Positions 25,227 through 38,459 of a stretch of 64,000 nucleotides of DNA are shown one piece after another (within the stretch, counting starts at the first letter, position 1; each line of letters begins with the position of its first letter). The position numbers and the translations under genes are program-made. The stretch is taken from NCBI RefSeq assembly GCF_964204645.1, contig NC_134032.1:3806175-3870174 (forward strand), written 5' to 3'. The notes beneath the pieces are model-generated. The model saw nothing but the letters and a program-made list of their open reading frames with translations. It did not search any database and was not told where the DNA came from. This DNA is from Tubulanus polymorphus. Taxonomy: Eukaryota; Animalia; Nemertea.

Positions 25227-27034
25227 ATGGACTACTTAAGAGAGTACGTCAATCTTTTCTAGGAAATTTTTGACACATATCAGATCAGTGACCAAAAAAA
25301 GAAGAATTTCAAGCCAGTCTTGAAAAAATATATCGATCAGTTTGATTGGAAGTTGCCGAAAATTCCGCTCGGGGTGTTGTTCAGCGTTATCGGCGATCCC
25401 TATTTTATGGCGGTAAGAACTTTATTTCATAATAACAAACACCGATTCATTCAAACGATGGATGAATTCGGGTCTAACTGCAGTTGGGTCACATTTCCGC
25501 TGTGTGCTAATGTTATCAACGAATAGTGTTATGGTTAGGTTAGGTTAGGTACATAAATTATCAGGGACACTTTAAGTGCAGTCGCTCCTAAATTCGAGAT
25601 CTCATCGACAAACCATCCGGACCCGATTCCACAGTTAGGGAATTGAGTTAACTCAGAGTTAAAGTTAGTTCATTTTTAATTAGTTAACTCAAGAGTTGAA
25701 TGTTAATTTGGAACTGCGAAACTGGACCCGGAAGTGCAAAACCTAATTGGAGAAATGTATACCTGTATTTTCTAGGAACTGCATAAAAAGTTTGAAGAAA
25801 GTACTTCAAGCAATGGAATTGAGTTTCATCATTTCGCACACTTTTGGTTCAGGTAAGTAAATAGCGGGTCTTTTGAATCGGGCTAATCTAACAGATAAAC
25901 AGTTAATCGGGGGTGGGGGGGGGGCGTGTGAGCGACTGATGACGTGGATAAAATGTGTCTCACTGCTATAGAAAATTCGGTTCATCATCTTATAGGATAG
26001 CCACCCTTTTGACCATCTTAAATGTCATGTTGGCCCGATACGGGCTTCATAAATGAATTTGATGGTCATCGGTCATCTAACATGGCCACCAGGGGAAGCC
26101 GTCTTGATTTACATTCGTAGGACATGCATGCAGTCGGGGGGGGGGAGGTTCTTTAAATTTGTTGTGTAGTAACAATCTAACGGTTTAAACAATGGAAGTA
26201 CCGATATATAACAGTGTGATCAAGGGTCGAGTTAACGGAATCCTGTGTTTAAATCTAGGAACACAATTCGTTATTTCGGTTCCGGTTCATTCAAACAATC
26301 TTCCAGTTTAAGCTTCAGTTTATTCACTCCACAAGTTATGATAACACCCAACAATACAGCAGAGATTACAGCAAATTTCATCAAATATAATCATAGAATT
26401 GATAATGATTATTTTGATAGTAATAATCATTACTATTATCATGATTATTATCATATCAATGATATTTGTGATGCAAATAAAGATATAGCGATCCAAACAG
26501 TCTGAACCGGCAAGTGACTGATTGGGGTTAATTTGGTTGGATGCCTAGATTTGTTGGAAACATCGATATTTCTGAATAACTTTTTATATCACAAGGTTGG
26601 CGATCGTTTTGCCATTTCTTTTTTATTTGTCGTAATTGTAACGATTAACCCAATCTGCGGGTCGTTAAGAAAACGAACTGAAATCGCTAACCACAGTCTA
26701 AATATTCTCCTTTACTTCATGACATCGATTTCACAATTTCAGCAAAACGATCCTCGAAAAATGGAAACATAATTTCGCGCTTTACGACGTAGACAACAGC
26801 GGATCGTTGGAGAAGGAAGAATTAGAAAGTTTCCTGGCAATTCTCGGTCAGCACGGCGAGCGCGAGAAAGAAATAAGGGAAAAACTCGAAGAATTCGACA
26901 CCGACGGAAAGGAGGGAATATCGTTCGAGGAATTTAAGAATTTTGTTGAATCCGATATTAAAGATAAACTCGACCCGATAATGGAACGTGTCATCAAGAA
27001 GGCCACCAAAGATATTTTGAAGAGAGATTTTTGA
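25227..27034 (+). pseudogene. Calmodulin-like EF-hand gene, copy 1 (exons 25227-25412, 25776-25852, 26743-27034; 184 codons, in-frame TAG at codon 12)
   Basis: GT-AG exons, phases 0/2. C-lobe loops DVDNSGSLEKEE and DTDGKEGISFEE; N-lobe degenerate. TAG at 25260-25262 where copy 2 has CGG. Confidence 0.8.
25617..25730. mobile_element. Short MITE-like inverted-repeat element in intron 1 of EF-hand copy 1
   Basis: CCGGACCCGATTCCACAGTT ... AACTGCGAAACTGGACCCGG imperfect inverted ends around GAGTTAACTC palindromes. Confidence 0.55.
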
Positions 27035-27431
27035 TCGTCGGAAAGCAAAACATTTGTAGTGGTTATTTGTCAATATCAGTCGACACGTCATTGTCACCTG
27101 GAAAAATAAATATAAATGTTTCTATGGTAAATTATTCGTAGCTGTTGTTTATCTATCGAAGCCAAATAATTCGGCTAAAATCAGATAATCCGTTTCGAGG
27201 TAGATATGAAAATGCCTGAGGCTACTGAGTAAAGATTAGCGAAAATAGTCTTGAAAAATTTAGAAATGGCCATAATTTCAACTTAGGTCCAATCGCATTT
27301 TTTCTTACGGTTATGATTGCTAGAATGTTTTTTAAACGGCCATTAAGATAGTTACGTAACCGCGATAACAAAAACGTGGTATTGTAGAATTGGGTTTGGA
27401 ATCAATTAAACCCCCGCAAAATTCTCAAACT

Positions 27432-28305
27432 GGAGACAGAGACAAATTAAACTCACACAACTGTGGAACTGGGTTCAGAGACAAATTAAACCCACACAAC
27501 TGTGGAACTGGGTTCAGAGTGAAATTAAATGCATACAACTGTGGAAGTAGACCAAGAGACAAATTAAAACAATTCAACTGTGGAACTGGGCTAATAGACG
27601 AATATATCCCACACAACTGTTAAACGGGACTTAGAGATATATTTAAACCACGCACACGTGGAACTGGATCAAGAAACAAATTTAACCCACACAACTGTGG
27701 AACTGAATCAAGAAACGAATTAAACCCACACATACTACTGTGGAACTGGGTTCAGAGTCAAATTAAACCCACACAACTGTGGTTTAGGATTCAGAGTCAA
27801 ATTTAACCCACACAACTGTGGAACTGGGTTTAGAGTCAAATTAAACCCACACAACTGTGGAACTTGATTCAGAGTCAAATTAAATCCACACAACTGTGGA
27901 ACTGGATTCAGAGTCAAATTAAACCCACACAACTGTGGAACTGGGTTCAGAGTCAAATTAAACCCACACAACTGTGGAACTGGGTTCAGAGTCAAATTAA
28001 ACCCACACAACTGTGGAACTGAATCAAGAAACGAATTAAACCCACACATACTACTGTGGAACTGGGTTCAGAGTCAAATTAAACCCACACAACTGTGGTT
28101 TAGGATTCAGAGTCAAATTAAACCCACACAACTGTGGAACTGGGTTCAGAGTCAAATTAAACCCACACAACTGTGGAACTGGATTCAGAGTCAAATTAAA
28201 CCCACACAACTGTGGAACTGGGTTCAGAGTCAAATTAAACCCACACAACTGTGGAACTGGATTCAGAGTCAAATTAAACCGACAAAACAGTGGAACTGGA
28301 TCCGA
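27432..28305 (+). repeat. 39-bp minisatellite array 1 (CAGAGTCAAATTAAACCCACACAACTGTGGAACTGGRTT), ~22 units
   Basis: Direct tandem units. A variant block recurs at ~27700 and ~28016 (higher-order duplication). Confidence 0.95.
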
Positions 28306-29031
28306 ACTTTTTTGTCAAAACAATATCGCTCACAACAAGAAGAGAGATAAAAGAGTAAAAGAGACACGGCCACCATTCCGATTATGAGTCCTAACCAGTA
28401 TTGTGCAAACGTGGCCGTTTTTGAACGTCAACCTTGCGCAACGATAGAATTTAGTCGAAACATCGAATAAGAATAGATAATCAACTCTTAAAAGCCCAAC
28501 GTAACTTTTGGAGTCAAAATCCAGTATGAAGTCGGTCGGGTATTGGGCCTGCGATTCTTTCCGAATTAAAATAATGTATCCCGACCGGCATCTTGGCTGT
28601 TGACTCCCATTCTCGGAAAATATTAAAGGCAGGTATTGGAAAAAAAAATTTTTGGAAAGGCGCAAAAAAATTCCCCAAAATTGGGAGAATTTTTTCTAAA
28701 TGTAAATTCGCCGATAAAAGGGTTCACGCGTCCTTGGACGCGTCAAAAATGATATTATAATTTTGACAATATTTACATATCCCGAAGCATGATAAAAAAT
28801 GAATAGTACCAGAAAGTATTTTCGGCCACGGTTCGCCATTGGGCAGGACGTCACGCATATGCAATGAATAGATCTGATTGAATGGGATTGTCCAGGGTTT
28901 TAAAACGTAACGACCACTGGAGGCGTCTAAACCTGTCTTGGCCTATATAGTCGTTGTGGTCAAAATGCACCTTGTAAATAAGACATATTCGACGCTTACG
29001 CATACAGAGTAAAGCGGCCAAAAAAATTGCG

Positions 29032-31331
29032 ATGGACTCCACAAACTACGTCGATTTTTTCCGGGATATTTTTGACGGTTATCAGATCGGTAGCAGTTAA
29101 TTCTGAGTTAAAGTTAGTTCGGAGTAAAATCTTAACCCATTAAGCTGCCCGTATCCGCCCTGCCTATTACTCCTCAAGCCGCCCAAATCCACCCGGCACT
29201 TTTTCGTATGCAGCACAAAAACAACAATAGTGGGATTCGAAACCAATAATTTATGATGAACCAGGCGCCTCTCAAAATACCGTACAGAAATCAACATCCT
29301 CCCATTTCAATTTTTCGAGTATTTGGGGTATGAACATGACAGATCTTAGCGCGCTCTTCAAATCCAAGTAGATTCAAGGACACGATTTTGGTGGCCCACC
29401 TCATCAAATCTTACATCATGAAAGCCTTGTCTATTTACTATAAAACAACACGAATTTTCAATCCATGGAAATAAACAGCAAATGAGCTATTCGGTATCGA
29501 GATGAACTTGGATTTTACCTTGAATTTTCTGAGGAGTGATACGGGATATCGACAAATTCAAGTTCTTGAATTAATCGTTTGATGGCGCTAGTCAGAACCG
29601 GAAATTGGAACCTAAATCCGCCATGCTCTAGTTCATTTGCAATGAAAATCTTTCGCTTCAAGTTTTCTATCAGCGATATTCCACTTACTATAAATCGTCA
29701 TGCGTAATCCTTTAAATATGATAACCTACCGTTACGTTGGATATGATAGAACCTCACTGCAAAGGCTAGAAATCACTATAAGTGTCCTAAAATTATCAAA
29801 AAACATTTTGCAGCGGCTGAAGATGTGAAGACTGGTTGCCAGGTATCACATGGTGGCAGCACTTGACGGCCCAATTTTGATTGTTGGTTCGAGTCATAGT
29901 ACTTTTCATATTTTATTATGAATCTACGAGTGTAGTCCTTCAAAAATCAATTTTATTTCATAATATCATTTCAAAAATTTAAGCGGGCACCTAATCTAAC
30001 GGTCAGTTTATGTTCATGTATGTACATATCCACGCAGGTAGTCTGATACTGCAATACTGGCCATGAACTCCAGCTTCCATGCACTACTTGTTAATATTGT
30101 TTAACCGCTGATAACTGAACACTACTACAATGTTCCCGAAAGCTGTATTAGTATAATTCATGAAAGCCCAATAATATATAACCTAAACGTCTTCATAATA
30201 ATATCATTAAAAAAGTTTATTATCAGCCGAGTTCATCGATATTTTTACTTTGTTTCCATCTAAATCAAATCCAGAGATATGAACGAAATAAAAAAAAATT
30301 AAAACGGAGAAAAATAGGGACAAAAAATTCAACAATGCGGACCCGGCGGGTACCCAAAAAAATGGCGCCTGGAAACTGTAAAAAGGCTGTTTGAAGCAGG
30401 TGAAATATCCCAACCCTATTAAAGATGCGGTTTATCATCTTGAACAATGGTCGCCCTTGTGGCCATCTTGAATGTAATGTTTGCCCGATACCGGCCTCCT
30501 GAATATATTTGATGCGATAATTGGAATACAATCACCAATCAGTACAGCTACTGCGTAACAAATTAATTATGAGAGAATATTTTTACGACGTCAACAAAGT
30601 AAATTGAAAGTAATGTTATGTTTTTGATGAGTAGATTTTGTATGATTTGTTTTGATTCGGTGTCCCTTGCAAACCCAGTCACGCCTGCCGGGAGCGAAAC
30701 AGGGGTTTGATTGTTGTTTTTTTTTTAATTTCCTCAACCCGCTAAGCGCCACGCAGAGCATTATATTAAGCGAGTTCGATGTTTCTTAAACCTTCGACCA
30801 AGAAACTCTGTCGCCAGAAACAATATACCCCGGATTGACGGGACCAGTGATCGCCGGCTTAACCCACTCGGCCACTGCACCTGGGTTTTTATTTTGAAAT
30901 CGGAAATCGAAGTACAGATATAGCAGTGTGATCAGCGGTCGATTTTACAATATTTTTTGTTTAAATAAATTTTTTGTTTAACAGTATTTTTGTTCCGGTT
31001 CATTTAAACAATCTTTCAACCAGTCTGAACCGACAAACATCTGATTCACTGATTAATTGGGGTTAATTTGGTTGGATGCCTCGAGACTTCGGGATATAAC
31101 TTCATAAATCACAAGCTTGGCGATCGTTTTGTCCATTTCTTTTTAATTTCTTTATTGTTTGTCTTAATTGTAACGATTTACCCAATCTCCGGCGGTTAAG
31201 AAAACAAACTGCAATCCATTTGAATCAATCACCGCGGTCTCGATATTCACTTTTACTTCATGGCGCCGATTTCACAATTTCAGCAAAAAAATCCTCGAAA
31301 AATCGAAGATTATTGGGAATGAGATTTTTGA
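29032..31331 (+). pseudogene. EF-hand gene copy 2, internally deleted
   Basis: Exon 1 MDSTNYVDFFRDIFDGYQIGS breaks at ~29096 into intron-1-like sequence. Exon 3 (31284) has lost its EF-hand core, joining CTCGAAAAAT to CGAAGATTATTG. Upstream and 3' flanks are homologous to copy 1. Confidence 0.8.
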
Positions 31332-33856
31332 TCGTTAATAGCAAAACATTTTTAATTATTTGTAAATCTAAGTTGACACGTTATTGTTTGCCCGAAATAA
31401 ATATAAATGTTTCTATGATATATTCGTAGCTGTTGTTTAGTAATCGAAGCCAAATAATTCGTCGACTTTCGTCTAAAATCAAATAATCCGTTTCGAGGTA
31501 GATATGAATAGGTTTGAGGCTACTGACCACAAAATAATAAAAATAGTCTTAAAAATTTAGAAATTTCCATTATTTTAACTTAGGTCCGATCAATTTTGCG
31601 CAGCGCTAAATGCATATGCAAAATTCACTCGTGCACTCGTTTATGCTTTCAAGAAACTATCTGCTAGTATTCACAACAGAGTATATAATGCCTGTGTTAC
31701 ATTTGCAAGAAGCCGTTCGTATGTAGTCAAGAAATTTGAACGCGGACGGCCAACTATCTACTACTAGCGACACTTGGCGGATTTTCGCCTGCCATACGTG
31801 GAATCCTCCATTGCATCAGTAGCGCTGCGGGTTTGCAATGGGGTACCCGCAAAACCAGCTATCCCGTTAGATCGCGTGACCAGCAGTAGGTTCCATTCTT
31901 CTAATCAGATATCAATATACCTTTCACAGATAATTGATTAATCTTAGAGAAATGTTCGTTTAGATTTAATTGAAATGTAGAAGGAAATCGAACGCGGACG
32001 TCCAACTATGTACTATCTACTAGCGACACCTGGCGGATCCTCGCCTGCCATGAGTAGAATCCTCGATTGCCACAGTAGCACTGCGGGTACCCCAATGCGA
32101 CTGTTGCAGGTTATTTCGGTAACGTTTTTAAGTTCTTTCGTCCCCGTGCAATACATCTCGCCATCATAATAATAAACAAGAAAATAAACTTTAATAAATT
32201 ATTTGACGCCTGCGAAAAAATGTAGAATTTCTGGGATAAGCTAATGTGGAATTGCAAATTTGAAATCGAAGTTTTAAGAAATTTGGGGAATTATGAGATT
32301 TGGCGATTGGGTAGATGATACAGTCTTCGACTGGTCTAATTTAAAAAAAAATTGTCAACTTGTGACCGACTTCGATTCACTTTTGCTCTAAGCTGGTCTG
32401 CAACTTCACTGCCTCCATGGCTGAAGAAAGAGCTCTTCTGTTGTCTGCTTCATCATGACTTCGAGCATATCGTGTAGCCAGCCGGCCCGTTCCCGGGCCC
32501 GGTTGGGTTTGGCTGTCACTCGATATCCTAGACTTGAGTCTGGGTTGAAGTAGACATCGTCATTTAGATAACTTATTCATGTTATTCTGTATGAATTACC
32601 CATGTGTCTTGTATTTTGTATTTTCTTGTTCTAAAATTTGTAACTTTATTGAATTTGGGAATTTCATCCCGGAATTTCAATGTAATAAGGATCAATAAAG
32701 TATTGAATTGAATTGTCACTTATACACATGCCATCAGTGGACGCGGAGCCGTATATGACAGCTATGCTATTATAAATTGCTAATCTCATGGAACCTGCAT
32801 ACGTCTAATATCGAACATATTTTCTAAAACATTTGAATATTGAAATTATATGTTTACACGTTTTTATATAGACCGCTTGTAGCCGCCGATGAAATTCACA
32901 CCGGCCCTATTCAGATCGTAGATAAATTCGTCATTCCACTAGCATCCCCATGTCAGGGTCTGACTTTTATATCGGACTTCCAAATCGTGTATACATCCGC
33001 CATTTAACCGAATAATCCGATTTACTTATCATTTCTATTTATGCCTGCCGCTCCTGATATAATCATACATCCTTTACTATTACAATACGTCTTATCATGA
33101 TATTCAATGCAATATAACATTACAACGTTCAAATAGAGGTCATTATATAATCACAGGGAGCCATTCTACATCTTTATCAATAATATTTTGCCAAATAGCT
33201 TGTATGTGTACACATAAACCTGTGACGTTTTGCACATCGATTTACGGTTGTCGTTTGTAAAATGACGCTGAATGGTTAACATTGTTTAGGTTTCATAATG
33301 GTAACGTTTTATAAGGCGTCAAAAATAGTCGCCCTCTTCACTTTTAGAATTTAGATTAAGGCTTTTCATTTCTGCATTTCGTAAAAGAAAGTAGGTAAAA
33401 TAAAAATCTGTCGCCCTCGTCACGCGTTTCCAAAAAGGGCAGATAAGAAACAAGGGTATTTCTTAGCGTGGCCTTACTATGCACGCACACTTAAAACTAT
33501 CTTTACTCTATCCAAAGAGGTTGATCTTCGCAGAAATAATGCTGTTCGGCGTAATCCATTGGAGAACCCGTAAAACTAGCTATCCCACCAGGTGGCGTGA
33601 CGAGCAGTAGATCGCCCGTTGTCAAAATTACATATTAATCGCTATGCTATGAATATTATTGTCCCTGGTTAAACAGAGGTCGCCTTTTAAACTGTATATA
33701 GAACAATATTGTTGACCTTCGTTTATTCGACTATGGTTGGTTGCGTGCTCGTCTAAACCTGCCCTGTTATAAAGTCGTTGGGCGAAACAGACCTTGGAAA
33801 CCAGACATATTCGACATTTAACGCAAGCACAGGAAGTAAAGCGGTCACAAATTGCG

Positions 33857-34793
33857 ATGGACTACACAAACTACCTAAAATACTCCGGAGATTTTCGACC
33901 GATATCAGATCGGTCGCTTCGATGAGAATGTTTTCAAACGAATCCTACAGAAATTCATCGAACGGTTCGATGGAAATACACCGGATGATGATTTCGCGTA
34001 ACTCTGTGTTCAGGGTAATGTTCGATCGTCTTTTTGTGTGTATCGGACAATGGATAAAATCGATATCTCGCAGACGACGGGAATGCGAAAGTTAATATGA
34101 AGAATTTGATATATTCTATTCAGGAATTGGACCGAAAGTATCCCCGTGATTCCCGGTCTGATGACATAGGGTTTCATGAACTCGCGCAGGAATGGTTTAG
34201 GTAAGTCAATTTTAGTATTCAAGCTAATAACGCTTTTATCAAACTACGGCTTGGTACGGAATGTTTTTGTTTTTTCAAACGAAGTGCCCCTTCACCTAAA
34301 TCGCAAACATTCCATTTGATATAACATCTCACAACATCGTAGCGCTTGCATCAAGCTGTTCGGTATTATTTTGTCTAGTATTGTTACCTGATTCGATACA
34401 TCGCCATCATGGAAATAAAAATTTGAAGATCATTTCGTCTATTTCTATAATTTTTGTCTTGGTTACTTGTCGTTCAATTCATGGCATTGATTTGACATTT
34501 TCAGCAAGGCTGCCCTTCACAAATGGAAATATACTTTTGTCGAATACGACAAAGACAACAGCGAATCGATGGAGAAGGAAGAATTGGAAAGTTTCCTGGC
34601 ATTCCTCGGTCAGTTCGGCGAGCGCGAGAAAGAAATAAGGAAAAAACTCACCGAATGCGCCACCGATGGAAAGGAGGGAATATCGTTCGAGGAACTTGAG
34701 AAATTTATCAGATCTGAGATCAAAGAAATACTCGACCCGATAATGGATGAGTTTATCCAGCAGGCCGTCGAAGATTATTGCGCAGTCGCCTAA
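33857..34793 (+). pseudogene. EF-hand gene copy 3 (exon 1 from 33857 frameshifted; exon 2 34124-34200; exon 3 34505-34793)
   Basis: Exon 2 is 77 nt, as in copy 1. Exon 3 reads YDKDNSESMEKEE...CATDGKEGISFEE. Exon 1 has indels and an eroded donor. Confidence 0.75.
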
Positions 34794-35160
34794 TTTCAAT
34801 CGTCATGAAAACAATCAGCTGATGTAGATATTTGTCAATAAAATTTGAGATGAATTATACATTTTTTTGCTATAATGCTTTCTGTTTCGCAGCCAAACTA
34901 TTCGACTTTCGTCGAGTCGTCGAAAGGAGAGGCGGGAAATCAGATAGCCCGTATGCAAATTCTGTAAGTTTGTCGAGATAGAAAATGAAAAAGGCATCTT
35001 AAATGGCTGGGAACGGCGAAAATAATAATAACTTTTTCTATTATTTGATTATCATCCACGGAAACCTTTGACCGCAGACAAAAATTCAAATTGAGCGAAA
35101 ATTGCAGTTTATTATGATGGGAGGTATAGAAAAGAAATTCGACTTTTTCTGCAATCATAA

Positions 35161-35815
35161 GAGTCATATTAAATTAAACCCACACAACTGTAGACTTGAT
35201 CTATGGTCAAATTAAACCCACACTACTGTGGAACAGGATCCTAAGTCAAATTAAACCCGCACAACTGTGGAACTGGTTCCAGAGTCAATTTAAACTCGCA
35301 CAATTGTGGAACTGGATCCAGAGTCAAATTAAACCCACACAACTGTGGAACTGGATCCGGAGTAAAATCAAACCTACACAACTGGGGAACTGGATCCAGG
35401 GTCAAATTAAATCCACACAACTGTGGAACTGGATTCGGAGTCAAATCAAACATACACATCTGTGGAACTGGAACCAGGGTCAAATTAAATCCACACATTT
35501 GTGGAACTGAATTCGGAGTCAAATCAAACATACACAACTGTGGAACTGGAACCAGGGTCAAATTAAACCCACATAACTGTGGAACTGGATCTGGAGTAAA
35601 ATCAAACCTACACAACTGTGGAACTGGATCCAGGGTCAAATTAATCCCTCACAACTGTGGAACTGGATCCAAGGTCAAATTAATCCCTCACAACTGTGGA
35701 ACTGGATTCGGAGTCAAATCAGACCTACACAACTTAACTGCGGAACTGCATCCAGACTCATATTGAACCCAGAGTCAAATTAAACCCACATAAGTTTGGA
35801 ACTGGATCCAGAGTC
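35161..35815 (+). repeat. 39-bp minisatellite array 2
   Basis: Same unit as 27432-28305, downstream of EF-hand copy 3. Confidence 0.95.
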
Positions 35816-36249
35816 AACTTGAACCAAAAAGAGCTATAGGGTATTTCTAAGCGTGGCCCAATAAACACACAAACTCAAAATACACTATTATTCTAACTCA
35901 AAAAAAAGAACTTGATCTTCGCAAAAATAAAGTGTTGCTTGTCGCAATCCAAATTGGGGAACCCACCAGCTATCCCACCAGGTGGCGTGACGAGCAGTAG
36001 ATCGCCCGTTGTCAAATTTACATAATCGTAATCCTAATTGAATATTATTAAATCGGGTTAATCAGAGGTCGCCTTTCAAACTATAGAAAAATATGGTTGA
36101 CTTTAGTTTATTCGTTTATAAATAATCGTTACATGCTCGTCCAAGCCTGTCATGTGGCCTTATATAGTCGGTGGGCGAAACGGACCTTGGAAACCAGGCA
36201 TACTCGACATTTAACGCACACACGCGAAGCGAGGCGGTCACAAATTGCG

Positions 36250-38383
36250 ATGGACTACCTAGATATATTCGATGGGATTTTCTGGTTATACCAGATCGGA
36301 GCCAGCCACCTCAGGTATTTCGAACCAGTGCTACGGGTTTGTATCGAACAGTTCGATGGCGAATCGCTGCAGGTTTCGCGTGAAGCGGTATCAAATGTGC
36401 TCTCCGGTCGTGAGCTCATTGAGGTAAGGACATTTCGCGATGATAATATTATTTTCTGTGTATTGGATAAAATCGATATCTCGCGGACGATATCTACTGG
36501 AAATGCAGAAGCTAATTTGAGAAATTTTATATATTCTACAGGAATTGGAACGACAGTATCCCTCTAAATCCCGGTTTGATAAAATAGGGTTTAATGAGTT
36601 CATTCACACTGGAATGGCCAAGGTATGTCAATAATACTATTTAAGTTTATAACGTGTCTATATAACTGCAGAATGGTACGACATGATTTTGTTTTTTCAA
36701 ATGAAGTGCCCCTTCACTTAAATCGTAAACATTCCATTTGATATAACAGCGCCGAGTTGATTAAACGACCAGCCGATTGCGCCACCTTTCATTAATCGAA
36801 CGACCAGCCGGTGGCGCCATCTTTCATTAATCGAATACGAATACGAATACGAATACGAATACGAATATCTATTTACACTCCAACCATTTCCATGGTATAT
36901 GGAGGAAAACAGTATTTACAATAATTACATAAACAGTAATAAAAGCTACAAAACTTAATTAACAGGTCTCACACTTATGTACATTATATACTATTTACTA
37001 TTTACAATACATATATTTACAATACATACACTACCGGAGGGATTTATATACATCTAGACCTATTTTGATGAATTTAGCCATATTTAAAGTTGGATTTTAT
37101 AATACATCTAAGTTCCGAAAGGTATTTATATCTAAGTGGTTTTCACGGGGTTCGGTAAGCAAATTACAATCGAAAATAGAATGTACTTCGTCTCCTAAAA
37201 CGTTGCAGGCGGGGCATAATCTATCGGTTCTGGGTAAATGAAGGTTTGATAATCTATTTACAGGTAGGAGATAAGACCCAATCCTGAACTGGAATAAACT
37301 GGTCATTAAATCGTCATCAAGCTGATTAATATAGTTTTCAAATTTAATATCCTTCTTATATTGCCTAAAATTAGTGTATAGCGAGTTATTATTCAACTTA
37401 AAATCTATCTCTTGTACGTGCTGGTCTCGGAGTACACATTTTAATATCTTTGAGAGTGTCATAGAGTTAACCATTAATTGCTGCGTCCAAATATACGATA
37501 GACCGCAGTCATCAAAAATCTTCTTAATAAACCAGCCGGTGGCGCCATCTTCATAAATCACGTGAATAATTGGTCGGTTGAATACGGCACTCGATGCTAA
37601 AGGATCTCCGTATAGCCTGACACACTGGGCCACCTTCGGTTATCTGAGTTCGTCGACTATAGTCGAACTAAACGAAACCGAATGATCGTTAGTCCGGAAA
37701 TATATTCCGGACATAGTTCGAAAATCAAGCGCATTCGGTCATTAGTTCCGACCACTAGTCGACTAGATACGAAAACCGAATTTGGCCCGGGCGACTTTAC
37801 CGGCGAAATCGCCCCGTGTGTCCCCCAATTTCGGTATCGTTACCTCATATTGAAATCTTGAAAATAACTTCACCACCAAAAGGTTGAACATCATTTTGTC
37901 TATATTTACAATTAGTGTCTCGGTTGTTACTCGGTATATTTTGCAGTAAAGTCTCAAATGGATAAGAAAACAAACCGAAATATAACACTGCGGTCTCGAT
38001 ATTCTCGATTTACTTCATGACGTTGATTTTACGAGTTCAGCAAATCAGTCGGACAGAAATGGATGCGTACTTTTGTCGCATACGACGAAAACAACAGCAG
38101 ATCGTTGGAGAAGGGGGAATTGGAAAGTTTCCTGGCAATTCTAGGTCAGAGCGGCGAGCGCAAGGAAGAAATAAGGAAAAAACTCACCGAATGCGACACC
38201 GTCGGAAAGGAGGGAATTTCGTTTGCGGAACTCATGAAATTTATTAGATCCGAGATTGAAGAGAAACTTCAACCGATAATGGAATGTCTTCTCCAGAACG
38301 TCGTCGAAGATAATAAAAAAAGAGTAATTCTGATCGTCAGAAAACAGAATCAGCTGTTGCAGATATTTGTCAATAAAAGTTGA
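36250..38383 (+). pseudogene. EF-hand gene copy 4 (exons 36250-36423, 36542-36622, 38041-38383); TTCA duplication frameshifts exon 2
   Basis: Exon 2 is 81 nt versus 77 in copies 1 and 3 (GAGTTCATTCACAC). Exon 3 reads YDENNSRSLEKGE...CDTVGKEGISFAE. Confidence 0.75.
36833..37530 (-). mobile_element. 5'-truncated L2/CR1-group LINE in intron 2 of EF-hand copy 4
   Basis: ORF2 C-terminus FRIGSYLLPV...RTDRLCPACNVLGDEVHSIFDC still open; (GTATTC)n 3' tail at 36833-36866. Confidence 0.85.
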
Positions 38384-38459
38384 ATAATAACAAGTAATCA
38401 TACGCCTGTTAACAAATACTATAGGCCTATTTTTGTAGTTTTTTTTCTGCATCGAAGCG

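Noticed and set aside
25227-27034. EF-hand genes as photoproteins or sarcoplasmic calcium-binding proteins
   Set aside because: The size is similar, but the canonical first EF-hand expected in those families is not visible; only a generic calmodulin-like call is supportable.
36097-36567. 156-aa single ORF
   Set aside because: It is EF-hand copy 4 exon 1 plus upstream sequence and read-through of intron 1 (donor at 36424, acceptor at 36541).
37531-37633. N-terminal part of the 178-aa minus-strand ORF as LINE protein
   Set aside because: It lies beyond the LINE 5' truncation point at ~37530; fortuitously open flank.
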